Shown in pieces: positions 8,904-19,395 of a stretch of DNA of 64,000 nucleotides. Source of the stretch: a bacterium (GTDB lineage: Bacteria > Zhuqueibacterota > Zhuqueibacteria > Oceanimicrobiales > Oceanimicrobiaceae). The stretch spans positions 77,202-141,201 of the forward strand of contig JBHIAC010000001.1 of assembly GCA_046758365.1 (NCBI GenBank), given 5' to 3'. A program made the translations under genes and the position numbers. Numbering within the stretch: the stretch's first letter is position 1; every line of letters starts with the position of its first letter. The notes under the pieces are model-generated. The model saw only the letters and a list, made by a program, of their open reading frames with translations. It did not search any database and was not told the origin of the DNA.

Positions 8904-9668
8904 ATGCAAGTATCATCTCTTTCTATAAGCATACCAGCCTATAATGATGAAGCAACTATTGAAGAGGTCATCAAGGAAGCTGAATCTGTGGCCAGCTCTA
9001 TCACAAATGATTATGAAATTTTTCTAGTAAATGATGGAAGTTTAGATTCAACCGGATCGATTATCGACCGGATGGCAGATAGCAATGAGAACATTCGAGT
9101 TATTCATCATGGAATCAATAAAGGATTTGGTGAAACTCTAAAGAAAATTTTTACTGAACCTAAGAGAGAGTATATCTATTTTGCTCCAGGTGACGGTCAA
9201 GTTAAAGTTAGAGAAATATATAAACTCTTACCATTTATGAATAGATTGGATTTTGTACTCGGATATCGTAAAAACCGTCGAGATCCTTTTATACGGTTAG
9301 CGAATTCCTATATTTACAACTTGTTGATTAGTTTATTTCTCTTTAAAAGAGTCCGGGATGTTAACAGTGTAGTACTTTTTAAGCGAAAGATTATCGAAGA
9401 TATGGTACTTGAAAGTAACAGCGCTTTCATTCATGCTGAATTGTTTATTAAAATAGTAAAAAAAGGCTTACGTTGGGGGGAGGTAGTGATCGACCATTAT
9501 CCTCGAATCGCTGAGAATCCTGGTGGGGGAGGAAATTTCAAGGTCATTTTTCGAACTATATTAGACCTGTTTCATATTTCAAAGAGACTCAAAGATTTCA
9601 ACAATAAGGATGGACATGAAATTATTCAAAACTCAGAAAGTAAAATTCTCACTCGGAATCATTATTAG
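8904..9668 (+). CDS. Family-2 glycosyltransferase (polyprenol-phosphate sugar synthase-like)
   Basis: ISIPAYNDEATIEEVI, LVNDGSLDST and NKGFGETLK are typical of the GT-A fold DPM1/ArnC-like group. Confidence 0.8.
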   Translation: MQVSSLSISIPAYNDEATIEEVIKEAESVASSITNDYEIFLVNDGSLDSTGSIIDRMADSNENIRVIHHGINKGFGETLKKIFTEPKREYIYFAPGDGQVKVREIYKLLPFMNRLDFVLGYRKNRRDPFIRLANSYIYNLLISLFLFKRVRDVNSVVLFKRKIIEDMVLESNSAFIHAELFIKIVKKGLRWGEVVIDHYPRIAENPGGGGNFKVIFRTILDLFHISKRLKDFNNKDGHEIIQNSESKILTRNHY

Positions 9669-10665
9669 TCTAATCTCCTTATATTGGGCTTTCAAAGATG
9701 TTAATTTTCAGCAGATCATTGATAGTTTTAAGCTTATTAATTTTCAATATCTACCTATTGTTCTAGGTCTTTTACTATTGAGTCTTTTTTTACGTACTCT
9801 GCGTTGGAAACTATTACTCTCTCCTATTCGAAAAGAAAGTATAAAAAATATTTTCTCTGTTTTGATGATTGGGTATTTGGGCAACAACGTTTTACCAGCT
9901 CGTATGGGGGAAGTTCTGCGTTCTCTGGTTTTAAATAAAAATTATGGCTATAGTAAAAGCGCTTCTCTTGCCACCATTATCTTAGAGCGTCTGTTTGATG
10001 GCATTACCCTTTTAATCTATTTGGGAATAGCACTTTGGTTTTTCCCTTTTCCAGAATGGGTAAAAAACGGAGGCCGTGTCTTAGGCGCAGCTTTTTTATT
10101 TGCCATGATTCTTTTGTATGTTATGCTGATCAAAAAGAAAACCGTAATTAAATTTATTTCTCTCATATTCGTCGTTGATTCCTTGTCGATAAAAATCAGC
10201 GCACTTTTTGACAGATTTAATTCTGGTTTAAAGATATTGAAGGAGAAAAGGAAGCTTTTGGGTATCTCCGGTCTTTCTTTATGTATTTGGTTTATCGAGG
10301 CTCTATTTGTTTTTACCATTATTAAATCCTTCGGGCTCAATCTTTCGTTCTTAGCTCCTCTATTTGTTACCATTATGGTGAGTTTGGGCACTATGATTCC
10401 ATCGTCACCTGGCTATGTTGGAACTTATCAACTTCTGTGTATTGCTGCATTTGTTCCTTTTGGTGTTGAAAAAGATTTAGCCTTAAGCATATCCATTTTG
10501 ATGCACGGAATAATTTTAATTGTCACTACTGGTCTGGGTCTCTACAGTTTTTGGCGGGAGCATGTGAATTTGATGAACTTTAAACAGGAAGTAGAACGCA
10601 GTACAATGAAACATAAAGTATCAAAAATCCCGCAAGAAGAGATTTTTGAGCACCGCAATAACTAA
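9616..10665 (+). CDS. Flippase-like domain protein (UPF0104 / lysyl-PG synthase TM-region family)
   Basis: Polytopic, with family motifs LRTLRWKLLL and NNVLPARMGEVLRS. The start (9610 or 9616) overlaps the GT2 gene end by >50 nt. Confidence 0.65.
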   Translation: MKLFKTQKVKFSLGIIISLISLYWAFKDVNFQQIIDSFKLINFQYLPIVLGLLLLSLFLRTLRWKLLLSPIRKESIKNIFSVLMIGYLGNNVLPARMGEVLRSLVLNKNYGYSKSASLATIILERLFDGITLLIYLGIALWFFPFPEWVKNGGRVLGAAFLFAMILLYVMLIKKKTVIKFISLIFVVDSLSIKISALFDRFNSGLKILKEKRKLLGISGLSLCIWFIEALFVFTIIKSFGLNLSFLAPLFVTIMVSLGTMIPSSPGYVGTYQLLCIAAFVPFGVEKDLALSISILMHGIILIVTTGLGLYSFWREHVNLMNFKQEVERSTMKHKVSKIPQEEIFEHRNN

Positions 10666-10687
10666 GGACTCAATAACATTACACCAA

Positions 10688-12160
10688 ATGAGTAAAAATA
10701 AGGAATATCTGCTACTATTTGTCATAATTTTATTAGGTCTTGTGCTTAGATTATACCGACTTGATAATCAAAGCCTTTGGATTGACGAGGTAATGCGCCT
10801 AAATATAGCTACACAAAACAGTATATCAGATATCCTCAGTGTGAATTATAAATGGGACAGTCAACCACCTGTTTATCACTTGTTGAATCATTGGTGGCTC
10901 AAAATAAGCCAGAGGGTTTTTTGGATAAGAACGTTACCCCTTATTTTCGGTGTGATGACTATCCCCCTTATTTATGCTTTAGGCGCATACTATTTTAATA
11001 AAAAAGTAGGACTATTGGCCGCTTTTATTTTATCCTTATCGCCGTTCCATGTTTGGCATTCTCAAGATGCAAATATGTACACCCTGTTGATTTTCCTTAC
11101 GGTATTATCAATCTATTCTATGTTAAAAATATTAGATGAAAAGCGATTGATTTGGTATATTGTATATATTTGTGCAACCTTATTGGGTTTATATACCCAT
11201 TATTATTTTAGTTCAGTAGTTATCGCTACAAATCTATTTGTATTTTTATTCTTCAAGAAATATTCTTATAGAATCCGCTTTTGGATTATCACACAAATAG
11301 GCATTGGGTTATTAACTTTACCAGATATCTGGTTTTTTTTAAAATTAACTACGCCTTTTTATGACATGGGTGTTCAAGGAAGAGGATTTACCTTTTGGTC
11401 ATTTCCATATACATTTTTTACTTTCATAAATGGATATTCAATAGGTCCCGCACCAAACGAATTGCATTCCTCTTTATCGATTAATTTTGTTATGGGAAAA
11501 TATGCCTATATTATTTTGCCTATTTTCTTAGTGATTTCATTTTTGGTTTTGGCTGGTTTTTTGAGGCTGAAATCTTTTGATAAGGTTGCATTTTGGTTTA
11601 TAATTTTAATCACACTTATACCCGTTCTATTTATTATGGCGGGCGTCATGATTGTTTTTCCTAAATATAATGTCCGCTACGCCTTTGGGGGATTTCCTAC
11701 CCTTTGTTTGCTACTAAGCATAGGAGTCCACTACTTTAAAAATAAAGTATATCAAAGTTTAATACTAACAATCTTTATTGCAATGAGTCTTTTTTCGCTG
11801 AGTAATTATTATTACAATACGAAATATCATAAAGAGGAGTCTAGAGCGGCTGCTCAGTATATCCATTCCCATATCAAGAATAATGACGCCATCTTAGTTT
11901 CTTTAATCAAGGAACCGTTTAAATACTACTTTGGCGAAGAGAGAAATGTTTATGGTGTCTATGGGAATGATTTGGATTCATCTGATGGATATGATAAACT
12001 TGATCAAATTCTTGGTAAACATAATAGGCTTTGGTTGGTCTATGCAAGAGCCTGGATCACAGATCCTAAGGGAGATTTATTAAAACATTTAAATCGGACT
12101 TATAAAATGAAGCAAGTTAAAAGTTTTCCTGGCGTGAAAGTTTTTCTTTTTTCCTCTTAA
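10688..12160 (+). CDS. GT-C family glycosyltransferase (ArnT/PMT_2-like)
   Basis: N-terminus KEYLLLFVIILLGLVLRLYRLDNQSLWIDEV has the acidic first-loop motif of ArnT/PMT-type enzymes. About 12 TM helices plus a soluble C-terminal domain. ATG 10688 is preferred over the listed 10646. Confidence 0.7.
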   Translation: MSKNKEYLLLFVIILLGLVLRLYRLDNQSLWIDEVMRLNIATQNSISDILSVNYKWDSQPPVYHLLNHWWLKISQRVFWIRTLPLIFGVMTIPLIYALGAYYFNKKVGLLAAFILSLSPFHVWHSQDANMYTLLIFLTVLSIYSMLKILDEKRLIWYIVYICATLLGLYTHYYFSSVVIATNLFVFLFFKKYSYRIRFWIITQIGIGLLTLPDIWFFLKLTTPFYDMGVQGRGFTFWSFPYTFFTFINGYSIGPAPNELHSSLSINFVMGKYAYIILPIFLVISFLVLAGFLRLKSFDKVAFWFIILITLIPVLFIMAGVMIVFPKYNVRYAFGGFPTLCLLLSIGVHYFKNKVYQSLILTIFIAMSLFSLSNYYYNTKYHKEESRAAAQYIHSHIKNNDAILVSLIKEPFKYYFGEERNVYGVYGNDLDSSDGYDKLDQILGKHNRLWLVYARAWITDPKGDLLKHLNRTYKMKQVKSFPGVKVFLFSS

Positions 12161-12218
12161 AATATTTTTAGACCTCTTAATAAGGAATTGGTAAAAAAAT
12201 TTCAATATGGTTTAGCAA

Positions 12219-13412
12219 ATGAAAATAGCGATAATGGGTATCAGGGGCATTCCTGCCAACTATGGTGGATTCGAGACTTTCACAGAAGAATTGGCTACCC
12301 GCCTGGTCAAAAAAGGGCATGAAGTAACAGTATATGGTAGATCAAATAATATAAAATATCATGACAAATTTTATAAAGGAGTGAGAATTAGAGTTCTTCC
12401 AACAATTAGCCATAAATATTTTGATACGGTAGCCCACACCTTCTTCTGTGTTTTAGACACCCTTATACGTGATTTTGAGGTTATATTGATTTGTAATAGT
12501 GCAAACAGTTTATTCTCTTTTATTCCACGATTGACCAGAAAAAAAGTTATTGTGAATGTGGATGGATTAGAGTGGAAGCGAGATAAATGGAATATCCTCG
12601 GTAAATCTTTCTATAAAATTTCTGAATTTCTTTCCACCTTTATGCCCAATGCTATTGTCACCGATGCAGAGCATATACGGGATTATTACTTAAAAAAATT
12701 CAATAAAATTTCTACATTCATTCCTTACGGGGCCCCAACCCATAGAGTTCAGACCTTTGAGGTTTTGAAAAGATTTGGACTAGAAAGTAGAAAATACATT
12801 CTATATGTTAGTCGTCTTGAACCAGAAAACAATGCGCATCTTGTAATTAAAACATTTGAAAAAGTCAAAACAGATTTAAAACTGGTAATTGTTGGCGATG
12901 CCCCTTACAATACTAAATATATTCAAGAGTTGAAAGCAACAAATGATCCCAGGGTGATTTTTACTGGTTATGTTTTTGGCAAAGGATACCAAGAATTACA
13001 AAGTCATGCTTATTTTTATGTTCAGGCTACTGAGGTTGGAGGAACCCATCCCGCACTTGTAGAGGGAATGGGTTTTGGTAATTGTATCCTTGCGAATGAC
13101 GTTCCTGAACATAGAGAAGTGTTAGCGGATTGCGGATTATATTTCAGTTCTGAAACGCCGGGAGATTTCCGAGATAAAATACATTACCTTGTAAATCATC
13201 CAGAGCTTGTGGCTGATTTTCAAGAAAAAGCAAATCACCGGGCCAAAGAAATGTATTCTTGGGAGCGGGTTGTCCAAAAATACGAAAACCTTTTTTCCGA
13301 GATTTTGAAAAATCCACTTCCCAAAAACCAGAACGATTCTAAGTTAATGGAAAATAAGATGAATAATCCAGTACAACAAACCTTGCAAAGAGATTTGAAA
13401 GTACAAAAATAA
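12219..13412 (+). CDS. Family-4 (GT-B) glycosyltransferase with DUF1972-type N-terminal domain
   Basis: MKIAIMGIRGIPANYGGFETFTEELATRL is the DUF1972 N-terminus seen in rhamnosyl/WbbYZ-type transferases. C-terminal GT1 motif EGMGFGNCILANDVPEHREV. Confidence 0.8.
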   Translation: MKIAIMGIRGIPANYGGFETFTEELATRLVKKGHEVTVYGRSNNIKYHDKFYKGVRIRVLPTISHKYFDTVAHTFFCVLDTLIRDFEVILICNSANSLFSFIPRLTRKKVIVNVDGLEWKRDKWNILGKSFYKISEFLSTFMPNAIVTDAEHIRDYYLKKFNKISTFIPYGAPTHRVQTFEVLKRFGLESRKYILYVSRLEPENNAHLVIKTFEKVKTDLKLVIVGDAPYNTKYIQELKATNDPRVIFTGYVFGKGYQELQSHAYFYVQATEVGGTHPALVEGMGFGNCILANDVPEHREVLADCGLYFSSETPGDFRDKIHYLVNHPELVADFQEKANHRAKEMYSWERVVQKYENLFSEILKNPLPKNQNDSKLMENKMNNPVQQTLQRDLKVQK

Positions 13413-13413
13413 T

Positions 13414-15324
13414 ATGCATAAATCATTTGATAATAATTTACAGAAAATTGCTGCAGTTCATTCACTCCCTCAAGAAAAAATTTTAACTATTTGTTTACTC
13501 GCTTGTTCTTTAATTCTAGTGGGTGTTTCCTTTTTTCTTCCTAGTGAAATATTACCTGATGAAGCTGGGTATCTTGAACAAGCGCACAAAGTTGCTTATG
13601 GCGGCCCCAATATGGGTTGGAACATTCGCCCATATTTTTATCCAATTATTTTGAGTATTTCCCAATGGCCTGTAAAATTAATTGATATGAATAATTTTGT
13701 TTTAGAAATATATCTTTTTAGATTTTTTCATTTTTTTATAGGCTCTTTGACAATTTTGTTTGTTTATTTTATCGCCAAAGAATTATATGAGAAAAAAGTC
13801 ATAGCTTTTATAGCAACTCTGTTATTTGGATTCTCAAATCTTTGGATTACGCAAAGTCCGCATGTAATGATGGATATCCCTAGTACACTATTTATTGTTA
13901 TTGCATTCTGGTTTTTTATCAAGGGCTTAAAGGGATTCAATATAGCGAAAAATATTATTATTGCAGCTGTTGCTTATGGTTTTGCAGCTATGACAAAATT
14001 TTCCTCCGGTTTTTTTCTTCCTGCATTCTTTTTAATACCTTTTTTTACATTCAGACTCAGTACTAGAGAAAAGAAAAAAATATTGGGGCTATTCATAACG
14101 ACCTCGTTCTTAATGTTGATAATTTTTATAATAATTGACCATTTAGCTTGGGGAGGCTTCTTATCTAGTCTTCGGGGACATTTAAAATATCTTGCTAATG
14201 AATCTACATTAGCTAAACAGGAAAATTGGATTTTATATCCAACCCCATTTCTAGTAAAAATGGAAATCTTTCATGAAAGTATTCCTTTAGCCTATTTAAT
14301 ATTTGGAGCATTAGGATTCATAAGTTCTATTCGAGAAGGAAAAGCTATTTTTATTTTTGTTATCCCTTATCTTTTATTTTTCTTTTTTGGATATTCTTAT
14401 GCAGCGGAGTCCCGATATTTTGTGCCAATAGTCCCATTTGGAGCCATATTGGCTGCTAAAGGTATTTACTTTGTGATCATGGAAAAATTTTATGCTGTTA
14501 ATCATATTAAATGGTTAAATAAAATCTTTCACGTTAAATTAATTGTACCAATTATAGCTGGCCTCTCATTAGGCTTGTTTCTTTTTAACATGTTATCTAC
14601 TTATGCTACTAATAGTTCAATATCATTTCTAAATAATCGTACAATATTTGTAATAGGATGTATTCTATTTATTGTTTTAGCCTGGATATTCATAGCTTTT
14701 ATTAGATCTAGTTTAAAAGAAGAAAAATTTGTGTCAGCTATTTTGAGTAGTGCGGTTGTATTCTGGCCTTTATTTTTTCTTCTTCTCGGGTTGTCATTTA
14801 ACTTAAAAAGATTTCAGCTATTATATATTATTTCTACTTTTTCACTTTTTCTGATTGTATTAATGTCTTCATTAATAATAAACCAGAAAAGAAAGTTATT
14901 ATGGTTAAGTATTGGAGTTGTGATCGTTACCCATGGACCTCTTTTATTTGCTTTTAAAAAAATTGTTAAAGTACCGTCTCCCAGTTGGAAGCAATTGGCA
15001 CTCATTATTGATAAAGAGAGCCATGAATATCCAGTAATAAAAAATATCGGTATTTTTGCTGGTTATTCAACTCTTACTAAATTTTATTCCCCCACCAAAA
15101 ATGTGGTTGGCTATTGGCCTCGTCAGTCTGGGGAAGAAAGATTCAGGAGTGATCTTAAAAGTAATTTACATTTAGTTGTTGTAAAAAATGATTATTTAAG
15201 TCACATTAAAAAGTGGCTCGAAGAATTTGGATTTGTTGTACATTCAGAGTATCAGCAATGGAATACAACAACCTATATAAATTATCAAAGATTTTCTCTC
15301 TACGAAATTAAACAACACATGTAA
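13414..15324 (+). CDS. GT-C family glycosyltransferase (PMT_2/ArnT-like)
   Basis: 636 aa, polytopic. First loop PDEAGYLEQAHKVAYGG and helix FFHFFIGSLTILFVYFIAKELY resemble the PMT_2 family. Confidence 0.65.
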   Translation: MHKSFDNNLQKIAAVHSLPQEKILTICLLACSLILVGVSFFLPSEILPDEAGYLEQAHKVAYGGPNMGWNIRPYFYPIILSISQWPVKLIDMNNFVLEIYLFRFFHFFIGSLTILFVYFIAKELYEKKVIAFIATLLFGFSNLWITQSPHVMMDIPSTLFIVIAFWFFIKGLKGFNIAKNIIIAAVAYGFAAMTKFSSGFFLPAFFLIPFFTFRLSTREKKKILGLFITTSFLMLIIFIIIDHLAWGGFLSSLRGHLKYLANESTLAKQENWILYPTPFLVKMEIFHESIPLAYLIFGALGFISSIREGKAIFIFVIPYLLFFFFGYSYAAESRYFVPIVPFGAILAAKGIYFVIMEKFYAVNHIKWLNKIFHVKLIVPIIAGLSLGLFLFNMLSTYATNSSISFLNNRTIFVIGCILFIVLAWIFIAFIRSSLKEEKFVSAILSSAVVFWPLFFLLLGLSFNLKRFQLLYIISTFSLFLIVLMSSLIINQKRKLLWLSIGVVIVTHGPLLFAFKKIVKVPSPSWKQLALIIDKESHEYPVIKNIGIFAGYSTLTKFYSPTKNVVGYWPRQSGEERFRSDLKSNLHLVVVKNDYLSHIKKWLEEFGFVVHSEYQQWNTTTYINYQRFSLYEIKQHM

Positions 15325-15342
15325 CTAACCAAGCTATAATTT

Positions 15343-16725
15343 ATGAAGCTTTTAGTATTTTTTGCAGTAAATTTCGCCGTTATTTTCTGGTACTTATATA
15401 AATATCGAAATATTAAGTACTGGTTTATCCTGTTTCTTATTCTTTCCTCGTTACTTTACATTGGTCTTTACAGTTGGTTTTTAGGTGTGGATTATATTAC
15501 CCTTTTTGATTTCTCATTGATTGGGCTATTGATTTTAGTATTAAATAAAAAGAAACCTCATTTAAACAAATTTTCGCAAATTATCCTTCTTTTAGGATTT
15601 TGTTTTTTATTATGGACTTTATTATCTGCATTTGTGGCTTCTATTAATATATTATATTCATACGGGGGATTAATACTTTATGTTAAATCGTTTTTAGTTT
15701 TTTTTGTGATTTACACTCATATTGAGAGTACACGAGATTTTAGTGCTGTGCTTTATGCATTATTTGCTGCTCTCTTTTTTGAAGCAACGTTAGGATTTTA
15801 TCAATGGAGATTTGCCACGACTGGATTAAATTTTTTGCATGATACCCATGGTTATTATCGTTCGGTAGGCACATTCAATTTGCCCAATCTTTATGGCGCC
15901 TATTTAATAATGATTATGCCAATCCCACTTATTCTTATTATTTCTAAGTCTTTTAAGTTACATTGGAATAGTTTCTTCATTTGGTTAGTCTCTGGGGTTT
16001 CATTATTAGCCCTGTTAGCTTCCTATTCTAGAAGCGCTTGGATAGGTTTTATATTACAAATTTTCATTTTGATAATGCTATTACTCTTAAGAAGGAAATT
16101 AAAATATCGTGTGTTAAAATTTGCTATCATGATAGGATTAATTGTTTTACCTATAATAGCAATATACGGAAATAGGATGATTGCAAGGTTTGAACATGCA
16201 GTAGAATCCTTAGAACAAAGAAATGTTTTGGTGGATGCCGCAGTAGAGACTATAGAAAAAAATCCAGTTTTTGGAGTAGGGTTAAAAAATTATGCTCGCT
16301 TTGGGTATCCAAAATGGTTAAAAAGGCCAGTAAATGCACGAGATCCAGAGAACGCGTTTTTATTGATAGCTGTAGAATCAGGCTTGCCAGCGGTTATCTT
16401 TTTTGTTTTAATATTAGGTATAACCATATTTAAAGGTTATAAATTCATGAAAGAGATAGACAATAAGTATTTACTTTTGATTTGTGCCGCAATTTTGAGT
16501 GCTATAATTGGTTTTATTGTTCAGAATCAAGGCGTTCCAGAATTCCGACATTTTCCTATTCAAGTTTTATTTTGGTCAGAACTTGCAATTTTAGCAAAAG
16601 TAAAGTATCTCGATAGATTAGTAAATAGGGGAATTAAAATAAAGAATTATAGGAATACTCCTATGCCCCTAATTTCACAAAGTATTTCTCCGATGGATAC
16701 TATTCAAAATGAATACCGGAAATAG
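15343..16725 (+). CDS. O-antigen ligase/polymerase family protein (Wzy_C domain)
   Basis: Polytopic, with a central SYSRSAWIGFILQ-type motif and a large periplasmic loop typical of the Wzy_C/WaaL family. Confidence 0.7.
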   Translation: MKLLVFFAVNFAVIFWYLYKYRNIKYWFILFLILSSLLYIGLYSWFLGVDYITLFDFSLIGLLILVLNKKKPHLNKFSQIILLLGFCFLLWTLLSAFVASINILYSYGGLILYVKSFLVFFVIYTHIESTRDFSAVLYALFAALFFEATLGFYQWRFATTGLNFLHDTHGYYRSVGTFNLPNLYGAYLIMIMPIPLILIISKSFKLHWNSFFIWLVSGVSLLALLASYSRSAWIGFILQIFILIMLLLLRRKLKYRVLKFAIMIGLIVLPIIAIYGNRMIARFEHAVESLEQRNVLVDAAVETIEKNPVFGVGLKNYARFGYPKWLKRPVNARDPENAFLLIAVESGLPAVIFFVLILGITIFKGYKFMKEIDNKYLLLICAAILSAIIGFIVQNQGVPEFRHFPIQVLFWSELAILAKVKYLDRLVNRGIKIKNYRNTPMPLISQSISPMDTIQNEYRK

Positions 16726-18148
16726 TATTTTTAAAAATACGACATATCTTATTGGCGGCCAATTTGTTTCAAGGATTATTAGAACAATCCTTATCATTAT
16801 AATAGCAAGACAATATGGCCCAGAAGATTACGGGCAATACTCGTTCGCATTTGCCTTGGTTATATCATTCATTCTATTTGCCGATTTAGGTCTGATAAAT
16901 TTTATTACTCGAGAAGTGGCAAGAAAAAAAGAAGATTTTTCTTCTTTTATTACCAATACATTTATATTAAAATCGTTTTATTCTGTTTTTACTGCTCTTA
17001 CTATTTTAGGAATATGTTTTATCTCTCAGAAAAGTGACCAAGTAGTTATCATTGTATCCATTATTTTATTGGCCAGTATCATTGACTCTTTTATACTCGT
17101 TTTGAAGGCAGTTTTACAAGCGTTTGAAAAGATGGAGTATGAAGCAATAAGCGGAATACTTAAAAGTCTAATCATAACGGTATTTGCCGTTACCTTAATT
17201 TATTTTGAGCTTAAACTTCAAATCGTTGTGTTAGCATTCTTGATTGGACAAGTGTTTGAAGCCCTGTATTTGATTAAAATATATAAGGCAAAGTTTGGTA
17301 AAATATTCTCACGCCCCACTCTTTCACATTTGCCTAGTCTTGTAAAGAAAGCTCTGCCGTTTGGATGGCAACAAATCTTTGCTACCTTTTATACCTATGC
17401 GGATCGTTCTTTAATTTCATTTATTAAAGGGGATGAAGCCGTAGGTTATTATGATGCATCTTATAAAACAATTGTAATCGCTACTTTCATTATGATGGCA
17501 TTTGGAAAAGCTGTTTATCCAACTTTTTCTCGTTTATATGAGACATCTTTAATATCGTTCAATAAGCTTTTAAAGAGTATAATTAAAATATCTGTATGGG
17601 TAGGGATTGGATTTGGAATATTAATTTTCATGAATGCCAAATCCATTGTCCTTTTTTTGTTCGGGAATCAATATCTATCAGCCTGCAATTCTATGAAGAT
17701 TCTTGCTTGGGCTGGCTTATTCTTAATTATCAATTTAGTTTTGGGGCCAATTATTAGAGCTATGAACAGAGAACGTTTCACCGCAAAAGTTGCAGTAACA
17801 GCTTTCTTTGTTAATATTCTAGCCAATCTTTTTCTAATTAAAAGAATAGGAATCGAGGGAGCAGCTATATCAACATTACTGACTGAATTTTTAGTTTTTG
17901 TACTCTACATTAAATTACTTCATCAAGAGTTTAGAACTCTCATTTCAAGTCTTGATTTTGTGAAACTGTCTTTTTGTACCTCTGTTTTTGCTTTTTCAAG
18001 TTTTATCTTCAAAGACATCTCTTTTGGGATTACAATTATTCTACTTCCTGGCATTTTTTTCGTGTCATTAATACTAACTAAATATATTAGTGCAACCGAA
18101 AGAAAGATGTTTTGGGAATGGCTTGTACCAGCAGCCGATGAATATTAA
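16709..18148 (+). CDS. Polysaccharide flippase (Wzx, MOP superfamily)
   Basis: 479 aa, about 12-14 TM helices. N-terminus NTTYLIGGQFVSRIIRTILIIIIARQYGPEDYGQYSF is typical of Wzx/polysaccharide biosynthesis proteins. Confidence 0.8.
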   Translation: MNTGNSIFKNTTYLIGGQFVSRIIRTILIIIIARQYGPEDYGQYSFAFALVISFILFADLGLINFITREVARKKEDFSSFITNTFILKSFYSVFTALTILGICFISQKSDQVVIIVSIILLASIIDSFILVLKAVLQAFEKMEYEAISGILKSLIITVFAVTLIYFELKLQIVVLAFLIGQVFEALYLIKIYKAKFGKIFSRPTLSHLPSLVKKALPFGWQQIFATFYTYADRSLISFIKGDEAVGYYDASYKTIVIATFIMMAFGKAVYPTFSRLYETSLISFNKLLKSIIKISVWVGIGFGILIFMNAKSIVLFLFGNQYLSACNSMKILAWAGLFLIINLVLGPIIRAMNRERFTAKVAVTAFFVNILANLFLIKRIGIEGAAISTLLTEFLVFVLYIKLLHQEFRTLISSLDFVKLSFCTSVFAFSSFIFKDISFGITIILLPGIFFVSLILTKYISATERKMFWEWLVPAADEY

Positions 18149-18225
18149 ATGAAATTCAGTGATTGAATCCTAAGGTGGAGTAAATAATAGTATTGGAAAT
18201 TTTATTGAATTGGGAGTTTTGATTT

Positions 18226-19395
18226 GTGAAAGTCGTTTACTTTAATTATGTACACGATTACAAAGAGACTTCGGTAGGGAGTTGGACACATGTTAAACAA
18301 TTTAGTACCGCTTTCACTAATCTTGGTCATACAATATCAGTTCATTCTTTGAATCTGAAGAACAAATCTATTAAAAAAGAAAAAGTGCTAGAAAAAAGTG
18401 TGCTTCGAAAAGTCGCCATGAAATTTGGCAGAGATTTAAAAAATTTTCTAAAAAATTTTGGATATGCATTAAACGAAATAACAATTATTAAAAAAGAGAA
18501 GCCAGACGTGGCAATAATCCGACATAATCCGTATGTACTCTCTTCTCTTTTGGTTTGTAAAATATTTCAAGTGCCAACTATATTAGAATTTAACGCTCCA
18601 GGCGCTTTTCAAGTTAGAAAGTACGAGAATGAATTTTTCCATCTGCCATTTCTATTTGAATTTCTTGAATGGCTTGCATTACGTTTAGCCTCAGCTATCA
18701 CAGTCACATGTAAAGAAATGATCCCATATCTCAATTCATCGAAAGAAGATCTTGACAAAATTGTAGTTAATCCCATGGGAGTTGATTTTGATCATTTTAA
18801 TAACAAGCATTCAAAATCCAATGAAATCCTTCATAAAAGGAATGGCAATTTAGTATTAGGATTTGTTGGCTCCTTAAATCACTGGCATGGTATAGATAAC
18901 TTATTGAATATTATAAAAATCGTTTTATCAAAATATGAACATTGTAAATTTTTGATCGTTGGCGACGGGGTAAAATTTAAAGAAATAAAGCAATTTATAA
19001 AAGAGAATAAAACAGAGGACTCAGTTATTCTAACAGGTTATATTCCTTATGAAAAACTTCCAGATTATATAAATGCAATGGACATTACTCTCGCTCCTTA
19101 TCCTTCAGATATGGTATTCTACTATTCTCCCTTGAAAATATTTGAATATATGGCAACCGGAAAGCCTATACTTGCTACTAAAATTGGTCAAATTGCCGAA
19201 ATTATGACAGGACAAAATATTGGGATGTTTATAAAGCCTGAAAATCTATTAGATTTGGAAAACAAGCTAAATGCAATAATTACCGATGAAATGGCCCGCA
19301 CTAATATGGGAAAGAATGCTAGGAAGCTAGCGAGGCAGTTTAGTTGGGATAGAAACGCTAAAGTAGTGCAGGAATTGTGTAAATCGCTAATATAA
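18226..19395 (+). CDS. Family-4 (GT-B) glycosyltransferase
   Basis: GTG start. C-terminal GT1 motif SPLKIFEYMATGKPILATKIGQIAEI. Confidence 0.8.
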   Translation: MKVVYFNYVHDYKETSVGSWTHVKQFSTAFTNLGHTISVHSLNLKNKSIKKEKVLEKSVLRKVAMKFGRDLKNFLKNFGYALNEITIIKKEKPDVAIIRHNPYVLSSLLVCKIFQVPTILEFNAPGAFQVRKYENEFFHLPFLFEFLEWLALRLASAITVTCKEMIPYLNSSKEDLDKIVVNPMGVDFDHFNNKHSKSNEILHKRNGNLVLGFVGSLNHWHGIDNLLNIIKIVLSKYEHCKFLIVGDGVKFKEIKQFIKENKTEDSVILTGYIPYEKLPDYINAMDITLAPYPSDMVFYYSPLKIFEYMATGKPILATKIGQIAEIMTGQNIGMFIKPENLLDLENKLNAIITDEMARTNMGKNARKLARQFSWDRNAKVVQELCKSLI

